From Paecilomyces variotii (taxonomy: Eukaryota): a DNA stretch of 64,000 nt. The notes under the pieces were generated by a model. It was given only the letters and a program-made list of their open reading frames with translations, was not told the origin of the DNA and did no database searches. Location: assembly GCA_004022145.1 (NCBI GenBank), contig RCNU01000012.1; one strand, 5' to 3'. Position 1 is the stretch's first letter, and each line of letters opens with the position of its first letter. The position numbers were made by a program, and so were the translations under genes. Below are positions 39,873-51,553 of this stretch, piece by piece.

Positions 39873-40748
39873 ATGGCTCCCAACCTGGTCACTCTGCTTG
39901 ATGGTCGCCAGTTGTCCTACGATCTCTCTGGTCCGACCGAGGGTCCTATTGTCCTGCTCTCCAACTCTCTGCTAGCCAACTATACGACCTGGGATCATTT
40001 CGTGAAAGACCTTCACGCGCAGGGGTTTCGCGCCCTGCGCTACGACCAGCCCGGCCACGGCGCGTCTTCCGCGCCCAGCGACCTGAACACAACGACCTTT
40101 CTCACCCTGACTGCTGATGTGAGTGCGCTGTTACAGGCGCTTAAGATCTCAAAGGTCTATGCCTGGATTGGCATCTCTATGGGTGCTGCGACCGGTGCCA
40201 TATTCGTGGTGCAGAACCCCGGTGTTGTCCAGAAGCTCATTCTCTCCGACACCATTACTTGCTCCCCGGGTAATGCTGGCATCGACGACCCTTTCGCTCC
40301 CCGCGTCCAGCTGGCAGAGACCAAGCCTAAGGCCGTCGAAGAGCTGACTGAGGGAACGTTGGCGCGTTGGTTCAGCGAGGAATGGCGGGCTGCTCATCCC
40401 GACGAGACGGACCGGATGAGGCAGTTGATGCGGACAACGAAGAGGGAAGGCTTTATCACCTGTTGTCACGCATTACGGCACGAATCATTTGATCTCAGGC
40501 CATACTTGAAGAACATCGGCCCAGCTGTGGAGGAGACCTTGCTCATCGTGGGTGAACAAGATGCGAATCTTCCAACGACCATGGCGCAGATGCGTGACGA
40601 GATCCAGTCCGCATCCAAATCCCCCGTCGGTTGGGTGATTATCAAGAAGGCTGGACACGTTCCAGTTATTGACAACCGCGACCAGTTTACTGAAGCCGTC
40701 TTTAAGTTCTTGAAAGGAGGTTCGGATAGCCCCCGATCCAAGGCTTGA
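39873..40748 (+). CDS. Alpha/beta hydrolase, 3-oxoadipate enol-lactonase (PcaD)-like
   Basis: Intronless. LSNSL, RYDQPGHG, GISMG nucleophile elbow, RWF, GEQD and AGH motifs. Divergent from the TF across about 260 bp. Confidence 0.85.
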   Translation: MAPNLVTLLDGRQLSYDLSGPTEGPIVLLSNSLLANYTTWDHFVKDLHAQGFRALRYDQPGHGASSAPSDLNTTTFLTLTADVSALLQALKISKVYAWIGISMGAATGAIFVVQNPGVVQKLILSDTITCSPGNAGIDDPFAPRVQLAETKPKAVEELTEGTLARWFSEEWRAAHPDETDRMRQLMRTTKREGFITCCHALRHESFDLRPYLKNIGPAVEETLLIVGEQDANLPTTMAQMRDEIQSASKSPVGWVIIKKAGHVPVIDNRDQFTEAVFKFLKGGSDSPRSKA

Positions 40749-41400
40749 TGGCCCATATGTAACTGATAGCACGCACGACACTTTATGAATATTGATCTTT
40801 TGTTCAATAAATAGAAATCGTCACTATTCTAGAAATTCTTCCTCTATAAAAGAAATATAGTGTGTTGAGTATTACCTGTACCCAGGTCTAAAGAAGCTTT
40901 TCGCGTTATGTAGACCTTTTCCACTGGCAGTCAGTAATATGATCCCATTGTCAAGAGATATCGATAATAATTATTAGCCTTTGAGACCTAGATAGCAAAT
41001 CTGTGCGATCCTTGAGTCGATTTCCCTTTCTGTTCTAGGCCAGATATAGTGCTGCTTTGTGCTCAGCGTTGCTCACGGATTGCTAGAGTGCTCGGGCATG
41101 TTTGCTCAGCGACTGCTCAGTGCGAAGGGGCCAATTTGCTCGGAGCGTCATCTGGCTTTTTTATCCAAGAACCATTAAGATCTCTCAGGTGCATCTACAC
41201 TCGACCAAGCACCAGTCGAATCCTCTTGTGGCAACGCGCCGGCGGAATCGGCCCCCGTTGCCCCTCAACGGAGTTTAACAGTCAACTATACTTACTAGAT
41301 AACTAAATAAGCACTACACGCGAAGACGATAAGTTCCTTCCCTTGTTCGCTTTTTGTTTTGCCCCTTTGTTGACAACGAGAAGGGTCCTTGACTCGCACA

Positions 41401-42657
41401 ATGAACAAGCTTATTCATTATCCAGACATCCTCCTCAAAATCTTGGAGCATGTCGACCTGAACACGTTCCTATCTCTTTATGGAACATGTGTAGCACTCC
41501 ACAATCTCATCATCACTTATCAAGCTACATTAACTGTTACTGTGGCCCAGAACACTTTTCCGGAGGAAATCCTGCGTATACTCGAAAGGATTCATGACGA
41601 ACAGCATAAAGATGGCTATATCCATAACGGCGATGACGATGGTGCAGGTCCCATGCGCAGATATAGTATCTGCTGGCTGCGTGATCTGGTCCCCAGATTC
41701 CTGGCTGTCGTGGCCGTGGATCGCTACCGGCACATGAACGATGGAGCATGCGGATCGAACTACTGGCGACAGGGCATCGCGGCTGCCGATCCGCTAGGAG
41801 ATCCCCTGAGGGCAAGGGTCGCGAATGGGTTTCGAATTATTGCCCGGCTAGGTTGCATTGCGCGAGAAGTGGATATTCAACAGAAGAAAAGTGATATTTC
41901 GACCGAGTCGCAGTTGATCCTGCCGAAGCGAACGAGAGCAGAACGCTTGAGAAGCATAATCCGTTCACGAGGGAAATGGGACGCTGCCCAGGAGATCACA
42001 GCAAGACGAGAAAAGGCGATTGAGAAGAAACAACTCACTTATATCGACACCTCGGTAACACCAAAACAGGCGGCGGATTACCAGCTGGTGGGTTTATATC
42101 TCGACGGCGTATTCTACCCTCTCACCCTTGAGAGCTGGCCCCAGGGCGAATTCAGTCGGAAAAAGAGGACCGGTCCGGGAGGGGTTTGTGCTTCTGGCTG
42201 GCTAACATGGCTCATGTTGCGAGAGGGGATATCGTTACTGTGGCAGCAATGGTGGGTGAAGAGGACGGACCCCGATGCCCCCTCTCTGAAGGAGAGAATC
42301 GAGAGAATATTTTTGCAGCGGAACAAGGAACAGGTGGAATGCGAACGGCAGACTGGGTTGTCGGTTTCTCAGTCGCTATACAGGCTATCCACCGACGACA
42401 GTGAGTGCTGGCGACAGTGGCTCTTTCAGCTCTGCGATGTTACTTATCCTGCGCAACGGCCGGAGCGGCGGTTTTCGCTTGCAGCGGAGACCGAGGAAGA
42501 GGAGGAGGGTTTGGAGTTGGAGAGTATCAGAGTGAATGAAATCATGGATCATGTTGCTTTTCATGTTGACAAGAAGCCCCATATGGCTACTGGTCAGAGA
42601 TACTATATTGATTATACACGGCTTTGCTCGGCCGCTCAACGTCTGGTGCTCCGTTGA
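41401..42657 (+). CDS. Uncharacterized protein with N-terminal F-box-like motif
   Basis: Intronless 418-codon ORF beginning LIHYPDILLKILEHVDLNTFLSLYGTCVALHNLI. The remainder is not recognised. Confidence 0.65.
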   Translation: MNKLIHYPDILLKILEHVDLNTFLSLYGTCVALHNLIITYQATLTVTVAQNTFPEEILRILERIHDEQHKDGYIHNGDDDGAGPMRRYSICWLRDLVPRFLAVVAVDRYRHMNDGACGSNYWRQGIAAADPLGDPLRARVANGFRIIARLGCIAREVDIQQKKSDISTESQLILPKRTRAERLRSIIRSRGKWDAAQEITARREKAIEKKQLTYIDTSVTPKQAADYQLVGLYLDGVFYPLTLESWPQGEFSRKKRTGPGGVCASGWLTWLMLREGISLLWQQWWVKRTDPDAPSLKERIERIFLQRNKEQVECERQTGLSVSQSLYRLSTDDSECWRQWLFQLCDVTYPAQRPERRFSLAAETEEEEEGLELESIRVNEIMDHVAFHVDKKPHMATGQRYYIDYTRLCSAAQRLVLR

Positions 42658-43408
42658 GCTCTATGTCACAGTGGTTGCATGATTGTTCAACAGTTGGTTC
42701 ATGCAGATACCAAATTGGGACAACCTAGGCACCAAGACAATGCTGGAGAAGGCCGCTCGTCATCCTCGTGCCTTTGATAGCCCTGAAGTGCCAAAGACAT
42801 TGACATCAACGATACACCGTCGACACAGAAGGATTTCTACTCGAATTTGAGATAAGTGATAGCGTTTCTAGGACAGGCTGTGTGCAAATAGTCAATGCTT
42901 GTATACTATCTACCTTGGTCTTTTTTCCGAATACACAATATCCTGCTGTCAATTAGTAGTTGCTCGAAATGCTAGGACGGCATTCCATGGCCTGCAATGG
43001 ACAACACCAGACATAGGTGGGTAAATGCAATATCCTCACAACTTCACTAAACAGAGCTGGCACCCCTTATAAGCCATTTAACCCTGGGGACTACTCCATT
43101 ACACTGTGCTTCTGTAAGCTAGTTACAAATGCTCAGCGAATGCTCAGCACTGCTCACGAACTGAGTCAGGCTACAGCCTCACAAAAGCAGCATAGGACAG
43201 AAGAGGAAGCTGAGAGGTCATCACACATATGTGCTACATATATGCTACCTAGGTATAATAGTTAATACACAGACAATGACATATAGCCAAACGCGGCTCG
43301 GTTAAACATCCCTCTGTGAGGCTACCTATGCGCTCTTGGCTTATCTCCTTATTTTCCGGTTTGTCCGTTGAGAGAAAAAGTTCTATCCTTCTCCCCGAGG
43401 ATATGATC

Positions 43409-43426
43409 CCGGATGCATGCATCCGG
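43409..43426. promoter_or_regulatory. Perfect 18-bp palindrome containing CGG-N10-CCG, upstream of the FAD monooxygenase
   Basis: CCGGATGCATGCATCCGG, about 240 bp upstream of the ATG at 43668. Confidence 0.75.
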
Positions 43427-43667
43427 CCTGTCACACTCATGAGAGACGGTAGAACTGGCGCCGTCACTTGCTATGTTCTAGGGATAGGTAATCACATGGT
43501 AGAATATATGGCAAATGGCTTTTACCTCCGGAGTTATGGTCGCAAGGTACTCCGATGATATTCCTTTAAAACGTCAGGGAATCCTGCCTTGAGAAAGGGT
43601 CTTGCAGCATTCAGAAGCATCGCGTCCTTCGACATCCTAGCCGTGTTCGCATAGAGACAGAATCACG

Positions 43668-45073
43668 ATGTCGAAAAGTGTCGTTCCAAGAAAGATCCTA
43701 ATCGTGGGCGCTGGCCTCGGTGGACTTTGCGCTTCCCTCGCATTGCGGCAGGACGGCCATTCAGTCACCATTATCGATGCCGCACCCGAATTTGCAGAGG
43801 TATAAACGTTGATTTATTGAAGCGTTCACTTGACGAGCTATGAACTAACCTTCCGTGTAAAGGCCGGGGCAGGTATCCGGATTCCGCCGAACAGTTCCCG
43901 TCTGCTTATGCGCTGGGGCGTCGATCTCGATAACATGAAGAAGTCGGTTTCAAAACGGTATCATTTTGTCCGTTGGAAGGATGGGACAACTATCACGAAG
44001 TTGCCTTTCGAAAGGGTTGTTGAAACACACAAGGCACCGTATTATCTGGCACACCGGGCAGACTTGCACGCAGCATTGCTGGATGCAGCAAGGAAAGCGG
44101 GAGTCGAGATATACACAAACCAGAAAGTGGACAAATACGATTTCAGCATTCCCTGTGCTATAACAGTTGAAGGAAAGACATGGACTAGTGACCTGATCAT
44201 CTGTGCAGATGGTAGGTAGCAGTGCTACATAAAGCCTGTCTAATAGTGTTCTTCGCGACGCCCGACTAACCCCTCTCTCTAGGGATCAAATCGACAGCTC
44301 GCCCACTGCTGACAGGGCAACCAGACGTTCCTCGCGACACCGGCGACGTGGCATACCGCATCCTCATCCCTGGCAAGGAGCTTCTGGCGGACCCTGACCT
44401 GAAAGAGCTTATCGCCGACCCAGCTACCACGTCCTGGTGCGGTCCTGACGCCCATTTGGTCGGATATCCAATCCGCGACGGCGAGCTATACAACATAGTT
44501 GTATGCGCGACATCTTACGGAGAGACAACCGACGAGGTCTGGGTTGTCAAGGGGTCAAACGAAGAGCTTAGCAAGCGGTTCGCCTCCTGGGAGCCGCGTA
44601 TCCAGAAATTGTGCAAACTTACGCGGGACTTCATGAAATGGCGTCTTTGCGACTTGCCTATTCTGTCTACCTGGGTCCATCCGTCAGGAAAAGCCTGTCT
44701 TTTGGGAGATGCATGTCATCCCATGTTACCGTACTTGGCGCAGGGTGCAGCTCAAGCAGCCGAAGACGCAGCTGTTTTGCGACAATGTCTTGCCAGATAT
44801 GCGGATACACATGAGGCTCTGAAGCAATACGAGAAGATTCGTCTGCCACGCGCATCTACCATCCAGGGTAAGACACGGGAGCATCAATATATTCTCCATA
44901 TTGATGATGGCGAGGAACAACGTGAGCGCGATGAGCGCATGCGCCAGAATTCAGAGATTAACCCAGTCTTCTGGGGCTATGATAAGCGAATGAAGTGGCT
45001 GTTCAGCCATGACGCTGATCTCCTTGAACAGAATGAAACTGTATGGCCACAGGCAGCAGCAGCATCGCTGTGA
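43668..45073 (+). CDS. Group A FAD-dependent monooxygenase (salicylate-hydroxylase-like)
   Basis: Three exons. GAGLGG, EAGAGI, HRADLH, ADG.KS and GDACHPMLPYLAQGA fingerprints. Confidence 0.92.
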
Positions 45074-45756
45074 GAACCATGTCATTCTAAATGGGTTCTA
45101 TCCTGACACACGCTATGGCTTCCAATGTTATCGATAGTTTCAGACCACAATGCTATCTCATATCATGTCTACTGTATTTCTTACAAAGATGTCCTAGCGG
45201 AGAATAAACATACGTGAAGTAACAAACGGATACTGTCCGCATATACTAAGTACCAGAACAGGGAATGTTTGGTTCGGGAAAATCCCGTTCGGATGCTGAC
45301 CGACTCGCCTCCTTTGAAGTAAAGCAAGGCAATACATAGTTAGCGCCTGTGAGTTTATCAAATAGACAAGGGTTTACTGCTTGAACATCCTGGAGAGAAC
45401 CTCCAGATGATGATCACCACTATTTTGAGCCGAGACGGTATTGTCAACCCTTGGGTGACTTTATCTGCGTGCCGCCGCCTGATTACACTTAGTCGTGAAT
45501 CATAGGAGGGTGTCGTTGTGTCATTCATATCTTCCAAAGCAAGAATTGCGACGGAAGTATGTAGTTATGTCGAGAAGAGCCAAGACTGGATAGGACACCT
45601 TGCCTAGGCCAGATATATCCATTAGCTAGTGGAAACAGATATCTCTTTCGTATTGTTTCCCCTTAATCTGAAATCTAGCAGTTCCCCCCGAAAGTAGACT
45701 AACACGGCGGTCTCAACCGCTGACGAACGAGATGATAATAGCTTCGGAGGGGGGAC

Positions 45757-45772
45757 CGGATTCATGTAGCCG
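45757..45772. promoter_or_regulatory. CGG-N10-CCG site upstream of the MFS transporter
   Basis: CGG ATTCATGTAG CCG within CCGG...CCGG, about 355 bp upstream of the ATG at 46128. Confidence 0.7.
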
Positions 45773-46127
45773 GGGGGCGTCGTGCAACAGCTCCTGTCAA
45801 CACCCTCCAACTAATGTCTAGGACGCTGCACAAGGACAAAAATGAAAAGCGGGGGAAAACATGGCTGCCGATACCATCTCGCCAAGGTGGTGGCGTCTTT
45901 ATCTGTAAACCCTACAGTTATCACTGGATAACTTCAATTTGGCCTTCCCCAGATTTTCGTCTTTGGAGAATCTTCACGCTACTTTTAACCCCGCAAACTC
46001 TCACCAGTTTAGAGTTGCGCCATTGAATATATAGATCTCGTATTTACTATAAATGCTCGTTGCATGATATCAAGTGCCATTAGAAGCTCCCAAGTCACTT
46101 GTTTCTACGCACAATTCCATAGCAACG

Positions 46128-47735
46128 ATGCGCGAACCTTGTTCTATCGAAGAGAACGAAGATGTGTCGGAGATGAAAGTCCCCCACAAAGATTGGGAAG
46201 TATCCGATGATGTTAGAGATTCCACAAGTGAAGATGATCTGCACATCGATCGAGCGGAGGAGAAGCGTCTGGTCCGAAAACTGGACATGCGTCTATTTCC
46301 TATTCTTATGCTTCTGTACGTAATGGCATTTCTGGATCGAGTGAATATAGGTGAGTTTGTCCGTTTCGATGATCTTATTATCATCTTGTAAGATCAGACC
46401 ACCATGCGGAAAATGCTCTAATACTTCGTCTCACCAGGGAATGCCCGATTGTTCCATCTGGAGGCAGATCTGGGCCTCAAAGGCGACGACTACCAACTCT
46501 GCGTATCCTTACTTTTCGTCACGTATATCATCATCGAGCTACCCGCGAATCTTTTCCTGAAGAAACTCGGCCCAAGAAACTTCATTCCCTTCGCAGCTAC
46601 TGCCTGGGGTCTTATCGGCATGTGTGCTGGATTCGTTCAAAACAAGGGGGGTTTAATCGCCGTCCGGCTGCTCCTCGGGGCGGCAGAGGCAGGATACTTC
46701 CCGAGTGTCTGTTTTTATCTGTCCTTCTGGTTCCGTCGGCGGGAATTGGGTGTGCGCATATTCTTCCTATTCATCGCGTCCGCAATCTCTGGATCGTGCG
46801 GTGGCCTCCTTGCATACGCGATTGGACATATGGATGGGATAGCGGGATATCATGCTTGGCGATGGTTGATGATTCTGGAAGGACTTCCTACCATCTTTCT
46901 GGGTGTGATAGCTTATTTCATTCTCGCGGATGATCCCATGTCAGCTAGCTGGCTGACAGATCGAGAGAAAGAACTAAGCCGTATTCGTCTACACAGAGAC
47001 AAGACGTTGTTGGGATCGGATGAGCAATCTGGGAGAATACAATGGGATGAGATCATGAAAGGGGTCAAGGACTGGAAGGTTTGGGTTTTCAGCATCGCCC
47101 AACTTGGCACGACGCTCATGCTCTATGGCTACTCGACTTTCCTGCCCACAATCATCAGTGGACTCGGATACTCTGCCATTGACGTCCAGCTTCTCACTAT
47201 TCCATGCTACGCTTGCGGAGCCATCGTCTACTGTATCGTGGCATACTTCTCTGACAAGATCGGTCAGCGTGGTATCTTTGCTGTTGGTGGATGTCTCGTC
47301 GCTTCGACGGGATATGCCATCCTTCTCGGGACAACCAAATACGGCGCTGGGGCACAGTATGCAGGATGTGTTGTTGTTGCCGCTGGACTGTACGTTTCCG
47401 TTGGTATCGGACTTACATGGATGCCGAACAATATCCCGTCGCATTACAAGCGCGCCTTCGCAAACGGTCTACTCTTCATGCTGAGCAATCTCGGAGGTGT
47501 TATCTCATCTTACATTTACAGGACTCAGGACGCCCCTGTATACACGCTGGGACATGCTGTGATGCTAGGATTCGTTACGTCTACGGCAATCATTCTAACC
47601 GCGATGTCGTTTGTACTCCGCAGGGAGAATCAGAAACGAGATCGTGGAGAAAGGGACTACTTGCTGGAGGGTAAGACAGAGGAGGAAGTGGCCAAATTGG
47701 GCGATAAACACCCCCATTATCGCTACATGTATTGA
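46128..47735 (+). CDS. MFS transporter, anion:cation symporter (Dal5/Tna1-like) family
   Basis: Exons 46128-46350 and 46438-47735. RKLDMRL, LDRVNIGNAR, RLLLGAAEAG, WRWLMILEG and a C-terminal YRYMY. Confidence 0.92.
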
Positions 47736-48003
47736 ACCTCTCATTAAATGATACTCTCATGAATATGACGAAGCAGTCTTTCGTTGATAGAGTCAAACTT
47801 TCCTTGTCGAGGACTGAAGGTAGACGCTCCAATTTCGACTTCGTGATGCAACCAAGTCAACATTGGTCGGTTTCTTCGTATACTTTCCACATACATGGAA
47901 TACTTAGCAGTATGTAAGTAAATAGTAACTACTAGTAGCAATTCCAACTTCTCCACAGCCCCACGAACAAAGTGCTATCCATCAACCCCGCATTTGCACC
48001 ACA

Positions 48004-48019
48004 CGGCTAGATGCTTCCG
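48004..48019. promoter_or_regulatory. CGG-N10-CCG site upstream of the ADH
   Basis: CGG CTAGATGCTT CCG, about 385 bp upstream of the ATG at 48403. Confidence 0.65.
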
Positions 48020-48402
48020 ATTACAAGGGAGAATAAACCCCTAGGGTATATGTCCGAAGCGTTGGATTTCGTGACGAATGATCTTTCTACCAAGGCATAG
48101 ATGCGCTGAAGCTACCATAACCCCCGCGCCGGGAGGGGTAGAAGGGAGTCTAGATGAACGGAATATTGGAGCCGAGCCAGCTGGCTTACATATTTACTTT
48201 TATCTAGAGTATAGAATCAGTTTCGTCTGGGGAATCAAATTACCTGAGATTAGGATCCTTGCTTTTCTTCAACTGATTGTATCAACAAGGGAGGGGAGAA
48301 CTCTTAGACGACGCTCATACTTTTTCTTCGATTGATACAATTTCCGGATGTATATTTTTTCAACACTAAATATCATCTAAACAAAAGTTCATCTTATTGA
48401 CA

Positions 48403-49772
48403 ATGGGCTCGACAATCCCTGCGACTCGCAAGGTAGCAGTGACAACCTCTCCAGCCACTGTCTCCGTAACATCGCTTCCTATTCCGCAACCTGCAGGGAC
48501 AGAAGTTCTTCTCCAGATCGAAGCTACCGGTATCTGCGCTACGGATCTGCATATCGTCCATCGTTCGCTGTCGTACTTTCAACCCAAAGTCGACATACAT
48601 GGACACGAAGGAATTGGACGAATTGTTGCGCTAGGGCCAGATGTTGATGCCTCAAAGTGGAAGATTGGGGATAGAGTCGCGCATCGGTGGATATATAGGT
48701 GGTGTAAGGAGTGTGAGCCATGTCGAGCTGGACTTGAGCAGTTCTGTGACAAGAGGCAGTTGAGCGGGTTGCATGTGGAGGGGTGTTGGGCTGGTGCGTA
48801 TCAGCCATTGTACTGTAGATTTATGATGGGCTCCAGGACTGGAGCTTCTATCTTGGAGCTGTGGACTAACTAAAGACATCTTATGTTGCAGAATACACCG
48901 TTGCAGACACGGAGTATATGCTGCGTATTCCGGAAGAGTTGAATGCAGCAGAAGCAGCTCCCATTCTCTGTGCAGGTGAGTCAAAAAGGAATTTGTATCC
49001 GATATAAACTCATCGCGGGCACTGATGTATTTTTAGGAACGACCGTATATCGCGCACTAAGGACTTCTGACCTCTCTCCGGGCCAGTGGATTGCAATCGT
49101 CGGTGCTGGAGGGGGACTAGGTCACTTGTAAGACCTCCCCCAGATCCTTATATGCGAAGCTAACACAAACCAGAGCGATTCAATACGCCAAAGTGCAGGG
49201 TCACAAGGTCCTTGCAATTGATGGCGGGAAAGAGAAAGGCACGCTCTGTACAGACCTAGGCGCAGATGTATACGTCGATTTTACCAGTACGAAAGTAAGT
49301 TTCTCACGAAATGAGACTGTCCGTTCATTATACTCATATATTTCAGGATATCACTGCAACCGTCATTGACATCACCTCTGGTGGTGCCCATGGGATTCTC
49401 GTGACCAGTTCGAGTCCCCGCGCCTACGAACAAGCTATTACATATGTGCGCAAACTGGGCATTATCGTTTGCATTGGAGCTAGTAAGTGCTTGATTGTGT
49501 TGTGATGGCGGAATGTCTGGACAAATACTGATTCGTAACCAGCATCGACGAAAATGACATTCCCCATTGGACCAGAGTACTTTGTCGGCAAAGGTGTGCG
49601 TCTAACAGGCACGAGTACAGGCACGCTGCGCGATACCGAGGAGGCATTGAAATTGGTGCAGGAGGGGAAAGTCAGGCCGATTATTGTCGAGAAGAAATTG
49701 GAAGATATTCAGGAATGCTTGGATCTGCTGGAGAAGGGCGATGGCGTGGGGAAATTCGTTGTCAAGCTATAG
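48403..49772 (+). CDS. Zinc-dependent medium-chain alcohol dehydrogenase
   Basis: Six exons splice in frame. GICATD, GHEG, CKECEPC..C, APILCAG and GAGGGLG motifs. Confidence 0.92.
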
Positions 49773-51553
49773 GTGCTGTATCCTCTGGAGCGAAGCTCGC
49801 TGAGCTTGAATTCTCTAGCAAGCAACTACTTAACTCGGCGTCTTTATCTCGGTGGTGGAGCTAAAGGGCGACCCGACAAAAGGTCTGCATGTAGGCAGGC
49901 TCGGACATATCCTATCCTGGTATATAGCTTGAAGGAGCAATTTGTGAATATAACCGCAAATATGAATGTTTATGTCTACTGTATGTTTTGATCAGATCTA
50001 CTGCTGGCCATTCAGAACGAAGAGACCAGTGTCTCGATCTTTACATAGATGGCCTTCACGAAGGTGGTAAACGCACACGCATTTGCACCCGAGATTCATC
50101 AACAGAGCTGTTTGAATCAGAGTCAATGAGGCACTCAAGGTACATACATACCATCGAAATGTTTCCCATGCAGCTTATCTAAAAGAAGATCCAGATAAGT
50201 CAGGACAAGTCTCTCCGTGGACAGGAATCAATTCCTCTATGGTCCTTCATTGAATCACAAACGCTTCCAGACTCCATCATGTCATAATTGCCCGCATGTA
50301 TAAACATAAAATCAAAAATCCCTCGATCACCAGGCTTCAATGGATCACAGGCCATGAACATAGAGCGAGCTTAGCAATACCGCTGATAGTTACCAGTCTC
50401 TACCATTCGAGAAAAAGCTAGCTCTTCCCCATTATATATCTCCAGTTAGATTAGTCAATTCACAGTAGATGGATTCGATTCCTCAACTAATCCCCAGCAA
50501 CAATTGCCCTTAGTCAATTAGAGCGGAATACTCGATAATTATAGACAACACCCTTCGCATGTAACCAAGTAAGGTAGGTAATACAAGGCTTATACGAAAC
50601 AGTCAGTATGCATTAGTCAATTATTAACTACAGTCAGTTGGTTTGCTAAGCGAGCGTCCAAGAAAGATAGTTAATCAACTTGTTAGACCAACAGATCGTT
50701 GGTTACAAGATTCGAATATTTCTCTCAATCCTTCTTTTCGTCATTCACTACGTATCGTATCGCATCCAATTCAACGGGTCGATTTGACAGTGATAAGCAA
50801 GCAATGGTTCTTTTCCCTAGTTACTCAAACGCACGGCCACCTAGCGCCTGAGGCAATCCACATAGCTGCATCAAGCCACCATCTCAACGCAGACGTATTC
50901 CATCATGAAATCTTCCAATATCATTCTCACCCCGTTTAGCTTTTGAATGAACCACCGCGTGGACCCAGCATTGATGGATCTAATGCAGTCAAGGACATTG
51001 TGGTGGTTTCCCTTCAGTGCGGGGACGCCCGGAAACGCTCGCTTAGCACCGTCGGAACCCCAGATGGAGACAGAGCGAGCTGGGTGAGCTCTCGTGGCCA
51101 GCTGGCACATTCATTCATTCCCCAGGGTCAGGGACAGATGGATGGAGCGAGTGCTAAGGAGCTGAGCTGGCAATAGCTTGCGATTCGAGGTTCCGGAGAT
51201 GGTGCTGTCGTACGTCATATTGCACTGCGAATCCTCGTGAAAAAAACCATTGGCAGCGCTACGACTACGCAGAGAAAAAAAGCAATCAAGAGAACCAACC
51301 AGCCCGGAAAATCCGGACGAGTTGAAAGGAGATGCATTATATGGGCCACCGGCCCCCGATTTCATGAGGAATTGGCAACGGGAAATGTGGGAGTAAGTGG
51401 CCATTTCAGACTCTATAGGTACATAAAAGTTTGGTAGAAGATGCTGACGAAAGTAGTACATGATTGATTGATTAAACCACGACCGATCCCTCCTCAACAC
51501 CCCGAGTATTGTTGCGTGTCAATTGTGAGGTGCATAATTGACCATAAAATTTT

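Noticed and set aside
40737-40748. PTS1-like C-termini (hydrolase SKA, ADH VKL)
   Set aside because: Non-canonical tripeptides, insufficient to claim peroxisomal targeting.
50200-50361. Minus-strand peptide FMACD..FDFMFIHAG, faintly SDR-like
   Set aside because: Too short and weak to call a pseudogene without a BLASTX search.
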